From: an uncultured Gammaproteobacteria bacterium
GTDB taxonomy: Bacteria; Patescibacteriota; Microgenomatia; Levybacterales; GWA1-39-11
Assembly: GCA_964452165.1 (NCBI GenBank)
Contig: CAYVKP010000001.1
Span: 554,729-618,728, forward strand
Reading direction: 5' to 3'
DNA: 64,000 bases
The notes beneath the pieces are model-generated. The model was not told where the DNA came from. It did not search any database and saw only the letters and a list, made by a program, of their open reading frames with translations. Position 1 is the first letter of the stretch, and each line of letters opens with the position of its first letter. This document shows, one piece after another, positions 33,118 through 43,068 of the stretch. A program made the translations under genes and the position numbers.

Positions 33118-36100
33118 TTAATTCTGAAAGCGGTCAATCGAGTCAACTATTATTACAGGTTGTTCATCTTTAAAGTTGAGTTTGCCCTCAATAATAACAA
33201 CACTATCTTTTATGAGTTGGTGTTTGTTCGCGTCAAAAGTCTTTGGAAACACAACGCATTCAATCGTATAGCCAATTTGGTCTTCAAGCGTTACAAATGC
33301 CATTTCAGCGTTGCTTTTGCGTGTAAGAATCTTTTTAATCGTGGAGAGAATTCCACCAACTTTAATCCTCGTGCCTTCTTTTTCCTCAGCAAGAGATGCG
33401 ATCGCATGGGAAGTTTTCGCAGTAAGAGCAGCCAGATTTTGATTTAATGGGTGATTTGTGAGAAAAAAACCGAGTAGCTCACGCTCAAATACAAGTTTTT
33501 CTTTTTCTGAGAATTCTTCAATTGTGTCGTCAACCTTTATTTCATAGTGGGTTTTTGCCGGCTGCTCTGTGTCATCAAAAAGTCCAAACTGGTTTTTGTC
33601 ACGGTTTTTTACTTCTTTTGAAATTTTGTCCATGATGTCAGGATAGATAGCAAGAAGGGCCGCGCGTTTTCCGAATTCGTCCATGGCTCCTGCCTTAACA
33701 AGACTTTCAACAGTTTTTTTATTTACCTTAGATAAATCCACTCTTGAACAAAATTCAGAAAGGCTTTTGAATGGTCCATCATTTCTTGCGTCTAAAATAG
33801 TAGTGATTGCGGCTCCTCCAACATTTTTGATTGCTGATAACCCAAACCTGACCTTAATCTTATTTTCTATACTAAAATCGGAAATAGAATAGTTGACAGA
33901 TGGAGGTAGAATAGTGACACTCAGTCTCTTGCATTCGGCAATTGCTTGAGCGATTTTTTCATTCCTTGCAGGACCGCTTGATCCGCGAGATTCAGCCGTG
34001 AGAAGCGCCGTCATAAACTCAACAGGGTAGTGTGCCTTAAGATATGCTGTTCTGAATGCAATTGTAGCGTAACATGCAGCATGAGCCTTGTTGAAACCGT
34101 ACCCGGCAAACGGTGCGATTAAATTAAAAAAGTCTCGTGCTTTTTTCTCAGTCAACCCGTGTTCCAGGCATCCTTTTACAAATAAGTCCTCCTGTTTTTT
34201 CATCTCCGCTGGAATTTTTTTACCTACGGCTTTTCTAAGCTTGTCAGCGTCAAGCCACGAATAACCAGCCAAAGTAATAGCGCTCAGGAGTACATCGTCT
34301 TGATAAGTTAAAACCCCATAGGATTGTTGAAGAATTTCCTTGAGTCTTGGATCAGGGTAATCAATTCTGGACGGATCATGTTTTCTTGAGATGAATTCAG
34401 GAATATTGGCCATTGGACCAGGGCGGTAAAGAGCAACCATTGCTTGAAGATCAAAAATCGATGTGGGACGAAGCTCTTTAATATATCGGCGCATACCGGC
34501 AGACTCGAGCTGGAAAATTCCAGTAGTCTCTCCGCTTGATAGAAGGTCATAGGTTTTTTTGTCGTCAACGGGTAGAGTAGAGAGGTCCACTTCTATGTTC
34601 TGATTTTCCTTAATAAATCTTAAGCTTTCCTCAATGATTGTTAAGTTGCGAAGTCCCAGGAAATCCATTTTGAGAAGTCCGACTCCATCTTCACCAACAG
34701 TATACATATCGTATTGGGTTATAACCTTGTCTCCGTTTGTTTCCTTTTGAAGCGGGGCATATTCGGTTAGGGGTTTATCGGCAATGACAACACCGGCGGC
34801 ATGGACTGAGGCGTGTCTTGCAACGCTTTCAAGCTTCCTGGCAACATCTAATAATCTCTTTGTCTCGGGTTCTGTTCTGTATGCAACCGATAAGTCCGGG
34901 GACTGAGTAAGCGCATTATCAATTGTCATCGCATGTCCTTGCCAACCCGGCGGAATCATCTTTGCGATTCTGTCCGGCGCCGCATATGGCATTCCTAAAG
35001 CCCGACCCGCATCTCTTACCGCTGCTCTGGCCTCCATAGTTCCAAAAGTTATAATTTGCGCAACCTTATCATCTCCGTATTTGCTCGTTACATATTCAAT
35101 AACCTCATCTCGTCTAATATCCGCAAAGTCCAAGTCAATATCCGGAGCGGAGGGTCTGTAAGGATTGAGAAAACGCTCGAAGGGTAATTTAAAGAAGAAG
35201 GGATCAACGTCAGTAATCCTGAGTGCGTATGAGACTACGGAGCCGGCGGCAGATCCTCTGCCTGGGCCGACTGAGATTCTATTATTTTTCGCCCAATTCA
35301 CAAAATCCGCGACAATTAGGAAATATGCTTCGTAACCTTTTTTTGTGATGATAGACAGCTCGTATTCTGCCCGTTCTTTTCTTTCAGGAGTTATTTCTCC
35401 ATATCTCTCCTCAAGCCCCAGCATTACCTGCTCACTTAAAAATTCCGCAGCGGTCTTGCCCTCCGGGACTTTGAAAACCGGCATGATCCATTGTCCTAGC
35501 TGTATTTCAAGTTCACACTTGTCTGCAATTTTGACAGTATTTTCTATTGCTTGTGGTAGGTCAATAAACATAGCTCGCATCTCGTCAGGCGACTTTATAT
35601 AGAAATCAGGGGAGCTCAACATTGAGAGCTTTCGGTTTGGTGTGTCAATAGTTGTTTGTGTGCCAATGCAAAGCAAGATCTCTTGTGCTTCTGCATCATC
35701 TTTTTTAATGTAATGATTATCATTTGTAGCAACTATTGGTACGGCGTACTTTTTTGATAGAGCGATTAATTTTTCATTTAAAGTCTCTTGCTCGGGAATT
35801 TGAGGGTGACGCTGTAATTCCAAATAAAAATCCTCACCATAAATTTCAGAAAGCTTCTCGAGTCTTTTCTCGGATTCCGAGTTTTTGTTTTGAAGCAGCG
35901 GTTCGGATACGTATCCGTTAAGACAAGCAGACAGGCAAATTAAACCTTCACTATATTTTGAAAGGAGTTCTATGTCCGTTCTTGGTTTGTAATAAAAACC
36001 TTCAAGGTGAGAGACCGAAACTATTTTCATGAGGTTTTTGTAACCCTGCAAATTTTTAGCCAGTAGTATTAAGTGGTTATAGTCTTTATCCTCAACGGTT

Positions 36101-36333
36101 TTATCATGGCGAGATCCTGCGGTTATGTAAATCTCGCAACCTATGATCGGTTTTATTCCGGCATCTTTGCAGGCTTTGTAAAACCTTATCGCGCCGTAAA
36201 GAGCGCCATGATCTGTGATGGCAAGAGCGCTCATTCCTAAATCTTTTGCGCGTTCTACCATCAGATTAACGCGAGACAAGCCGTCTAAAAGGGAATACTC
36301 ACTGTGATTGTGAAGGTGAACAAAATCTGCCAT
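33118..36333 (-). CDS. dnaE: DNA polymerase III alpha subunit
   Basis: HLHNHSEYSLLDG, GPGRGSAAGS, PDIDLD, KMDFLGL, GYGFNKAHA. Confidence 0.98.
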   Translation of the reverse strand: MADFVHLHNHSEYSLLDGLSRVNLMVERAKDLGMSALAITDHGALYGAIRFYKACKDAGIKPIIGCEIYITAGSRHDKTVEDKDYNHLILLAKNLQGYKNLMKIVSVSHLEGFYYKPRTDIELLSKYSEGLICLSACLNGYVSEPLLQNKNSESEKRLEKLSEIYGEDFYLELQRHPQIPEQETLNEKLIALSKKYAVPIVATNDNHYIKKDDAEAQEILLCIGTQTTIDTPNRKLSMLSSPDFYIKSPDEMRAMFIDLPQAIENTVKIADKCELEIQLGQWIMPVFKVPEGKTAAEFLSEQVMLGLEERYGEITPERKERAEYELSIITKKGYEAYFLIVADFVNWAKNNRISVGPGRGSAAGSVVSYALRITDVDPFFFKLPFERFLNPYRPSAPDIDLDFADIRRDEVIEYVTSKYGDDKVAQIITFGTMEARAAVRDAGRALGMPYAAPDRIAKMIPPGWQGHAMTIDNALTQSPDLSVAYRTEPETKRLLDVARKLESVARHASVHAAGVVIADKPLTEYAPLQKETNGDKVITQYDMYTVGEDGVGLLKMDFLGLRNLTIIEESLRFIKENQNIEVDLSTLPVDDKKTYDLLSSGETTGIFQLESAGMRRYIKELRPTSIFDLQAMVALYRPGPMANIPEFISRKHDPSRIDYPDPRLKEILQQSYGVLTYQDDVLLSAITLAGYSWLDADKLRKAVGKKIPAEMKKQEDLFVKGCLEHGLTEKKARDFFNLIAPFAGYGFNKAHAACYATIAFRTAYLKAHYPVEFMTALLTAESRGSSGPARNEKIAQAIAECKRLSVTILPPSVNYSISDFSIENKIKVRFGLSAIKNVGGAAITTILDARNDGPFKSLSEFCSRVDLSKVNKKTVESLVKAGAMDEFGKRAALLAIYPDIMDKISKEVKNRDKNQFGLFDDTEQPAKTHYEIKVDDTIEEFSEKEKLVFERELLGFFLTNHPLNQNLAALTAKTSHAIASLAEEKEGTRIKVGGILSTIKKILTRKSNAEMAFVTLEDQIGYTIECVVFPKTFDANKHQLIKDSVVIIEGKLNFKDEQPVIIVDSIDRFQN

Positions 36334-36341
36334 AAATTATT

Positions 36342-37124
36342 TCAACTTGCTTTTTGTGCCGGCCTCGCCGATGCTAGCTCCTTTATTTTTCTTATGTTGG
36401 CTAATTGTTTAGGTTGTAGATCCTCGAACAAAACAAGTTTCGGTTGACTTCCTTCCCCTTGTTTTGAGTTGTACTTAGATATGTATTGAGCTTTGTCAGC
36501 ATCGGAGTAAAGGTTGTCCAGTTTTTCTCCCGGGAAGGGCGCCCTAAGCAATGTTGCACCTGCTGATACTCTAATACCTTCACGTTCAAACTTTTTATTG
36601 ACTCTGTCCCAGAACACAACTGCTTCTTGTGGGGTCGTATCATCCAGCACAATCAATACTTCGTCTCCCCCAATTCTTCCAGCAATATCTACGCTTCTTA
36701 CTTCACTGTTTATAATATCTCCTACATTTCTCAGAAGCTTGTTTCCTGCCGCGTGCCCAAATTCGTCGTTAACGCCTTTTAAGCCATTCACATCACCCAG
36801 CAGGACTGTTTTCGGAACGCTGCTTCTTTCTGTTTGTTCTGCTGCAACTGCCAGTCTCCTGTGTGTTTCGTCGTTTGACAACAGTCCTGTGCGCTCGTCA
36901 ATTTGGGCTGTGTTCTCTGCTTTAGCTGCCATCTCTACGGCTATGCGATACTTGGTTCGTACGTCGTCTAGTTCCTCTTTTGTTTTTGCTAGTTCCTGAT
37001 GAGGTTTGGGGGTTTGGTTTTGTGCTCCTTGTTTAAACTTTTCTATTCTTGGTCCTTGCTTTGCTTTCCAATCCAAGATGTTTGTTATTGCCGCTTCTCT
37101 TGTGGGTTCTCCTCGAAGACTCAT
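36342..37124 (-). CDS. Diguanylate cyclase (GGDEF domain) with N-terminal coiled coil and no sensor domain
   Basis: DERTGL, DVNGLKGVNDEFGHAAGN, RSVD I-site, RIGGDEV, SAG, ADKAQY.SK. Confidence 0.88.
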   Translation of the reverse strand: MSLRGEPTREAAITNILDWKAKQGPRIEKFKQGAQNQTPKPHQELAKTKEELDDVRTKYRIAVEMAAKAENTAQIDERTGLLSNDETHRRLAVAAEQTERSSVPKTVLLGDVNGLKGVNDEFGHAAGNKLLRNVGDIINSEVRSVDIAGRIGGDEVLIVLDDTTPQEAVVFWDRVNKKFEREGIRVSAGATLLRAPFPGEKLDNLYSDADKAQYISKYNSKQGEGSQPKLVLFEDLQPKQLANIRKIKELASARPAQKAS

Positions 37125-37133
37125 CACACTATT

Positions 37134-38477
37134 TTACTCTGATTTTAAGGCTTCTTCAATTGCAGTTTTGATATCTGCAGTCGAGGAATTTGGGGGTAGG
37201 AGAGCCCGCGTTTTACCTATTAGGAATCCCACAATTTGTATTTTTCCGCTCTTGTAGTCTTCAACCGCTTTTGGATTTTCTTCCAATACTTTCTCAATAG
37301 ATTTTGATAAGTCCTCGCTGCTTATATCAGCCGTTTTTTGAGTTGCCAAAATCAATTCCACAAGCTCTGCAGGGAGAGTTTTATCGAGATCTGGCTTTTT
37401 ATTAATTATATAGTTTGCAAGTTGTTTGGCTGTTACAGAATGGTTCAGCCCATCCTTTACGGCCTCTTCAAAGTAATCTGCCAGAACCCGTTCACGTGTC
37501 AATAGGTTCGCGTCATAGGCAGTTATTTTATGTTCCTGTTCGAACCTTATTCTTTTTGCGTCCGGCAATTCTGGAATCTGTGACCTGATTGCGTTGATCT
37601 GTTCTTCGCTTGTAATAATTGGTGGAATATCGGGTTCTGGAAAATATCTGTAATCGTTTGCTTCCTCTTTTGAGCGTTGTGAAACCGTCGTATTTTTCGT
37701 TTCATTCCAGCCGCGAGTCTCCTGCGCCGGAGTTTTTTTCTCATCTAGAATTTCGGCCTGCCTTGCGAGCTCCACCTCAATTGCTTTGGCGACAAACTTA
37801 AAGCTATTAATATTTTTTACTTCAACTTTATATTTTGGCAGATCTGTCGCGTCTTCTGCCCGTAGTGAAATGTTAGGCTCAAGTCTCATCTCGCCTTTCT
37901 CCATGTCCGCATTTGAAACGTCAAGATAGCGGACAATTTGCTGTAGTTTTTGCAAGTACTGAGTGACTTGATAAGCGTTTTCAAAATCTGGTTCCGTTAC
38001 TATTTCAACAAGTGGAACACCCGAACGATTAAAGTCGATTAATGAAGCTTTTTCGCCGTTAACAACCGAATGGGCAAGTTTTCCAGTGTCCTCTTCCATG
38101 TGAACGCGGCGAATTCTGATCTTTTTCTTTTTGTCGGAGCCTTCCTGTTCAAAAACTTCCATTTCCCCTTCAAGTCCAAACGGCTCATCATATTGGGAGA
38201 TCTGGTAGCCTTTAGCAAGGTCAGGATAGAAATAGTTTTTCCTGTCGAACTTTGAATTATTTAAAATTCGGCAACCCAAGGCAGAGGCAATCATTATGCA
38301 CCACTCAATCGCTTTTTTATTTGGGACGGGAAGTGCTCCCGGAAGTCCTAGACAAACGGGACAAGTGTGAGTGTTTGGTTTTTCACCAAAGTATTTTGCA
38401 GAACATGAGCAAAACATTTTGCTTTCTGTTTTAAGCTCTACGTGGACTTCAAGTCCGATTACTGCTTGGTATTTCAT
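37134..38477 (-). CDS. gatB: Asp/Glu-tRNA amidotransferase subunit B
   Basis: IGLEVHVEL, FDRKNYFYPDL, HMEEDTGK, DYRYFPEPD. Confidence 0.98.
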   Translation of the reverse strand: MKYQAVIGLEVHVELKTESKMFCSCSAKYFGEKPNTHTCPVCLGLPGALPVPNKKAIEWCIMIASALGCRILNNSKFDRKNYFYPDLAKGYQISQYDEPFGLEGEMEVFEQEGSDKKKKIRIRRVHMEEDTGKLAHSVVNGEKASLIDFNRSGVPLVEIVTEPDFENAYQVTQYLQKLQQIVRYLDVSNADMEKGEMRLEPNISLRAEDATDLPKYKVEVKNINSFKFVAKAIEVELARQAEILDEKKTPAQETRGWNETKNTTVSQRSKEEANDYRYFPEPDIPPIITSEEQINAIRSQIPELPDAKRIRFEQEHKITAYDANLLTRERVLADYFEEAVKDGLNHSVTAKQLANYIINKKPDLDKTLPAELVELILATQKTADISSEDLSKSIEKVLEENPKAVEDYKSGKIQIVGFLIGKTRALLPPNSSTADIKTAIEEALKSE

Positions 38478-39886
38478 AAGCTGGGCCTTTCTTTGTAGAT
38501 CTGAACTTCTTGCTCGTACTTATGCGCAATATTTAGAATCAAACTTTCAGAGAACTGCGGGCCCATTATTTGCATTCCAATAGGAAGACCCTTGTCAGAA
38601 AAACCAACAGGTACGTTTATTCCCGGAAGTCCTGCAATTGATGATGGCTCAACTAGGGCGTCTGCCATCTCGCCGTACATTGGATTATCTACTGATGCGC
38701 CAACGGGTAGGGCGGTCCAGGGATTTGTAGGAGCGATCAACGCATCCACTTGCTCAAAGGCATTGTTAAAATCGTTTACTATCAGTGTTCTTACTTTCTG
38801 AGCTTTTTTGTAATACTGATCGTAGTATCCTGCAGAAAGAGCATAAGTCCCAAGCATTATTCTCCTTTTTGCCTCATCTGCAAAATATGACCTGTCGTTA
38901 CCAAAGCGAATCCCATCGTATCTTGCTAGGTTGGATGAGACTTCTGATCTTTGCAGAATAGTATAGACTGCAATTGATAAGTCGGGTTTGAAAAGTTTAA
39001 CCTTTTTGATTTTTGCTCCTAAGCCTTCTACAGCTTTGATGGCTGCCTCAACTCGGGTTCGTACTATCGGCATGACCCCTTCAAGATATTCGTCGGAAAT
39101 TCCAATTGTAAGACCCTTAATATCTTTATTTAAATTCGCCGTATATTTCTCGGCGGATCTTGGGGAAGTAGTTGCATCGTGAATATCGGCTCCCGCCAAT
39201 ATTTCAAGAATCAAAGCTGCGTCTTCAACTCTTTTTGTGATTGGACCGGGGCTGTCAAGCGAGGAAGCCATCGCGATCACTCCGTATCTTGAAACCCGTC
39301 CGTATGTTGGCTTAAGACCAACAACTCCACACCAATCAGATGGTTGGCGAATAGATCCTGCGGTTTCAGAGCCAATCGCAGCAATCGCTTCATCTGCGGC
39401 AACGCTTGCCGCAGCTCCCCCCGAAGATCCGCCCGGCAAATGCTCTGTATTCCAAGGATTTCTTGTGGTCCCGTAATCTGAAGTTTCGGTTGAAGATCCA
39501 TGTGCCCAAGCGTCAAGATTGGTTTTCCCAACCATTACCATTCCGGCGTTTTTAAGTTTCTCAACGACTGTCGCATCGTAAGGCGGAATATAATCGTCCA
39601 AAACTTTACTTGAAGCGGTAGTTTTGACTCCAATTGTTGAAAAGTTATCTTTAATGGAAAGTGGAACTCCGAGAAGTGGTAGATCGTTTCCGTCTGTCAT
39701 CATTTTGTCTGCTTCTTTTGCTTGCTCCAAAGCTTCTTTTTCTGTGACTGTTACATACGCTTTTACTTTTGGTTCAACCGCCTTGATTCTATCAAGCACC
39801 GCCTGTGTTAGTTCAACCGATGAGAAATTTTTGGCTTTTAAACCTTCCCGTGCTTCGCCGATTGATAGTTTACTGAGGTCACTCAT
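38474..39886 (-). CDS. gatA: Asp/Glu-tRNA amidotransferase subunit A
   Basis: IKDN, PGGSSGG, GSETAGSIRQP, SSNLARYDG, RRIMLGT. Confidence 0.97.
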   Translation of the reverse strand: MSDLSKLSIGEAREGLKAKNFSSVELTQAVLDRIKAVEPKVKAYVTVTEKEALEQAKEADKMMTDGNDLPLLGVPLSIKDNFSTIGVKTTASSKVLDDYIPPYDATVVEKLKNAGMVMVGKTNLDAWAHGSSTETSDYGTTRNPWNTEHLPGGSSGGAAASVAADEAIAAIGSETAGSIRQPSDWCGVVGLKPTYGRVSRYGVIAMASSLDSPGPITKRVEDAALILEILAGADIHDATTSPRSAEKYTANLNKDIKGLTIGISDEYLEGVMPIVRTRVEAAIKAVEGLGAKIKKVKLFKPDLSIAVYTILQRSEVSSNLARYDGIRFGNDRSYFADEAKRRIMLGTYALSAGYYDQYYKKAQKVRTLIVNDFNNAFEQVDALIAPTNPWTALPVGASVDNPMYGEMADALVEPSSIAGLPGINVPVGFSDKGLPIGMQIMGPQFSESLILNIAHKYEQEVQIYKERPSL

Positions 39887-40163
39887 TATCAAGAATTGCT
39901 TTTACCTTAAAAAATCCATTGTGTTGCGATTTTGTATTTGATAAGGCTGCTTCCTGGGGTAGGGAAGGCGCGGCTTTATCTTGGCGGGTTACATTCTCAA
40001 GACCCGTAACTTGAGATGTCGGCTCAATTCCCTCTGTGTTAATTTTCTCAAGGCTGTCAACGTATTCAATTGTTTGCTGAAGTTGTGTTGCAAACTTTTC
40101 TTCCTCCTCTTTAGTCAAGGGTAAGTTCGCGAGTTTAGCAATATGTTTAACATCAATTTTCAT
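39879..40163 (-). CDS. gatC: Asp/Glu-tRNA amidotransferase subunit C
   Basis: VKHIAKLANL, EPT, RQD, FKV; start set to ATG 40163. Confidence 0.95.
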   Translation of the reverse strand: MKIDVKHIAKLANLPLTKEEEEKFATQLQQTIEYVDSLEKINTEGIEPTSQVTGLENVTRQDKAAPSLPQEAALSNTKSQHNGFFKVKAILDNE

Positions 40164-40191
40164 AAGAGTATTATATGATAAAATAGACAAA

Positions 40192-40446
40192 ATGCAGAAC
40201 AGTAAAATTCATGTGATTTTGACCGGCGGAAGAATAGATTCGGTTTGGGACGGACAAGTTGATGAGATAGTTATTAGCCGGGAATCCGTAATTCCTTCTT
40301 TTTTCAAATCCATTTCTCTCAATCTCGATTTTGAATTTACCACAATTTGTATGAAGGATAGCCGTGCGTTGACTCCTGAGGATCGCGAGAAAATTAGACA
40401 AACAATTGATGATAGCCAAACCTCAAGAATCCTCATAACTCATTGA
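40192..40446 (+). pseudogene. Truncated L-asparaginase N-terminal domain
   Basis: ILTGGRIDS (normally TGGTI), MKDS..L..EDR; stops at ILITH* where ITHGTDT is expected. Confidence 0.75.
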
Positions 40447-40499
40447 GGGAAAAATCTACTAAGGAATACAGTGTATTACGTGGGGCCACTTGCGACAAA

Positions 40500-40979
40500 C
40501 TATTTGATGGGACTAGCTACGGTTATAAGCGTTGATGGTGAGATTAATTTATTCTGTCCCACCATATTTCTTGCGAGTTCAGCAACCGACTGAGCAGTAT
40601 TTCTGAAATTACTTCTATTTTGAACATCCATCCTATCAGCAGCTAAGCTAATATCTTGTTTTGAGAATCGTACTCCTCCTATTTTGGTATCAACACCATG
40701 AATTACTATGCTATCGAGTCCTTCAGGCGTAAAATGTGCGGCCATAAGAGGCTGTTTTCCTTGGTAACAAGTAAGTCTTATGGGGTTTTCGTTCGGATTG
40801 GCCTTTTTATTTTCATGAGTTTCAAGCTGTCCTTCACCAGGGAGCACTTTTCTTCTTGTTATGCCAAATGCATCATCTTTAATCAAGTCCCATTCCTGTG
40901 ACGTCTTCTTGAGTTCTTGATAACCTAGTTGGCCGGGGGTTAAGGGAATTTCATTTGTTGCTGCTGTTTCATCAACCAT
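40500..40979 (-). CDS. Hypothetical protein (orphan)
   Basis: 159-aa ORF with TATTAT just upstream of ATG. Confidence 0.65.
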   Translation of the reverse strand: MVDETAATNEIPLTPGQLGYQELKKTSQEWDLIKDDAFGITRRKVLPGEGQLETHENKKANPNENPIRLTCYQGKQPLMAAHFTPEGLDSIVIHGVDTKIGGVRFSKQDISLAADRMDVQNRSNFRNTAQSVAELARNMVGQNKLISPSTLITVASPIK

Positions 40980-40991
40980 ACCACAATAATA

Positions 40992-41750
40992 TCATATCCT
41001 ACCAAGCTTATTCAGAATTACTTCTCTCGCTTTGGTTTCGATAGAGTCGTCTAAGGGTTCCAAGCGGAATTTTTCTCCATATTTTTGTTCAAGGGCTTTT
41101 GTTAGCAGTAGATCGGCAAGCTGCGGATTTTTAGGTAAGATTGGACCATGCAAATATGTTCCGAAAGCATTTTTGTAGACAATCCCTTCACTTTCATCTT
41201 TTCCGTTATTCCCAAACCCCTTGGTAACATTCCCAAGTCTCTGATTCCTGTAGTCAAGATAAGTTCTTCCGCCGTGATTTTCAAAACCAACAAGCGGTTC
41301 GGTTAGACCGTCAATTTTTGGTTCAACCAAAACATTTCCAGTTAGTCTTTCGTGGCGTTCGCCGGGATTTTCGGTAAAGAGAGGGAAGATTCCAAGACCC
41401 GGCAGCTGTTTGTTATCGGCAGTTTTGTAGTATCTTCCCAAGAATTGGTAAGCGCCACAGATAAAAAGTCCCGGAACGTTTTGTTCGATCTTGTCCATCA
41501 GCACCTTACCCTTTTTGCCTTGCAAGTCTCGGTTTACTATCTCTTGTTGAGTGTCCTGGGCTCCACCCATAAACATCAGATCTGATTGTTCGAGAGGTTT
41601 TTCCGAAGATTCAACAAAAATCTGTTCTACCTTGACTGAAATTCCTCGCCACTGCGCACGTTTTGTTAACACGATAATGTTTCCTCGGTCCCCGTATGTA
41701 TTCATCAGGTCCGGATATAGCCAGCCAATTGTGAGCGTTAATTTTTTCAT
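40992..41750 (-). CDS. gatD: Lipid II isoglutaminyl synthase glutaminase subunit GatD (CobQ-like)
   Basis: LYPDLMNTYGDRGN, GGAQD, ICGAYQ, GFENHGG, YLHGPILPKNP; adjacent to murT. Confidence 0.93.
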   Translation of the reverse strand: MKKLTLTIGWLYPDLMNTYGDRGNIIVLTKRAQWRGISVKVEQIFVESSEKPLEQSDLMFMGGAQDTQQEIVNRDLQGKKGKVLMDKIEQNVPGLFICGAYQFLGRYYKTADNKQLPGLGIFPLFTENPGERHERLTGNVLVEPKIDGLTEPLVGFENHGGRTYLDYRNQRLGNVTKGFGNNGKDESEGIVYKNAFGTYLHGPILPKNPQLADLLLTKALEQKYGEKFRLEPLDDSIETKAREVILNKLGRI

Positions 41751-43048
41751 AATATTTTTTTGCCTGTTATTATTTTTCTCGCTTCAAGCATTGCAGAGTA
41801 GGTTGGAAGAATAAATAAAGTCTCGTCCGGTTTTGTTTGTTCGCACGAGGCATCAATTGCCGTTTCAAGCTCCGGAAAAATATTTGTCTCAAGTTTCCGG
41901 TCCCCCAGATATCGAATGCGAAGTCCCATATCATAAGCGCGGTCTCCGGAGATAAGGATTTTTGCATCAGTTGGTAAATTTTCAAAATCTACGTCCCAAA
42001 TCCATGAGACGTCACGTCCATCCGGGATCCTATCATTGAGAACGAGTAAAATATTACCTTTTTTCCGCAGATCGCGGATTGCATCAATTGACTGATTAAA
42101 GCCGGCGGGATTTTTTGATAGAAGCATAACAATCTCGCGATTTTTATATTTTAAGATTTCCTGGCGGCCAAATGCAGGCTTAAAACCTTCAAGCGCCTCT
42201 CCAATTTTCTTTCCCGAAACACCAAAGACTTTATTTGCTACGAGCGCCGCGGCATTAACGTTGTAAATATTGTATTTACCAAAGAGCGTATGGGGTAGCT
42301 CGGGGAAAGTTGAAGATTTGGGGTTTGTGAATCCACATTTTGGACACTTGAAGCGACCTAAATGTGAATAAGAAATCTTTGAATATTGAAGCTTGGTCTG
42401 ACAGTTAGGACAATATGTAAAATCAACATCATACGGCTTCTTTCCTGCTTCCATCAACTTCTCGTCAATTCCAAAATAGTATACGTTCTTCATTCCAACA
42501 TTCCATGGAATACTGGATAGTTTTGGATCGTCTCCGTTTGTAATAACGATTGTTTGCTCGTGTAGATTTGAAAGGGCTTCTTCCCATTTCTTGGCAACGG
42601 TGTTTACTTCTCCGTACCGGTCCAATTGATCTCGAAAAAGATTTAAAAGCAGGATTGCTGTGGGGTTGGTTTGTTTGAGCGCTAAAGAAAAATTATTCTC
42701 ATCAGTCTCAAAAATGGCAACATCATAGTTTAAGGCCCCGGTTAAGTCTGATTTTGAAATTAAAGTTGAGGCTATTCCATTGAGGAGATTGGCTCCTGCT
42801 TCATTTCTGAAAACTCGCATTCCTGTCTTTTCCAATATCTTCTGTAGCATAAGAGTTGTTGTAGTTTTTCCGTTGGTCCCGGCAATAAAAATGACTTTTA
42901 AGTCGGAATTTTTTGCCAAAATTTGCTTAACAAACTTAGAATTTGTTTCCATCGCAACATGTCCCGGCCACGTGGAGCCGCTGCCTAGTTTTAAAGTTTG
43001 GGAAATTAGCAAAACCAGTTTACCCAGCAATATCAGGAAGAAGTTCAT
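41747..43048 (-). CDS. murT: Lipid II isoglutaminyl synthase subunit MurT
   Basis: GTNGKTTT, GANL, NLFRDQLDRYGE, two CxxC pairs, KNPAG, DVSWIWD. Confidence 0.94.
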   Translation of the reverse strand: MNFFLILLGKLVLLISQTLKLGSGSTWPGHVAMETNSKFVKQILAKNSDLKVIFIAGTNGKTTTTLMLQKILEKTGMRVFRNEAGANLLNGIASTLISKSDLTGALNYDVAIFETDENNFSLALKQTNPTAILLLNLFRDQLDRYGEVNTVAKKWEEALSNLHEQTIVITNGDDPKLSSIPWNVGMKNVYYFGIDEKLMEAGKKPYDVDFTYCPNCQTKLQYSKISYSHLGRFKCPKCGFTNPKSSTFPELPHTLFGKYNIYNVNAAALVANKVFGVSGKKIGEALEGFKPAFGRQEILKYKNREIVMLLSKNPAGFNQSIDAIRDLRKKGNILLVLNDRIPDGRDVSWIWDVDFENLPTDAKILISGDRAYDMGLRIRYLGDRKLETNIFPELETAIDASCEQTKPDETLFILPTYSAMLEARKIITGKKIL

Positions 43049-43068
43049 GTGTTAATTATACTCGCAAG

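Noticed and set aside
33118-36333. Possible intein or intron in dnaE
   Set aside because: Normal length with continuous motifs; no intein termini or endonuclease motifs seen
40992-41750. Cobalamin biosynthesis CobQ call
   Set aside because: Coupling to murT and its motifs identify the peptidoglycan-amidation GatD
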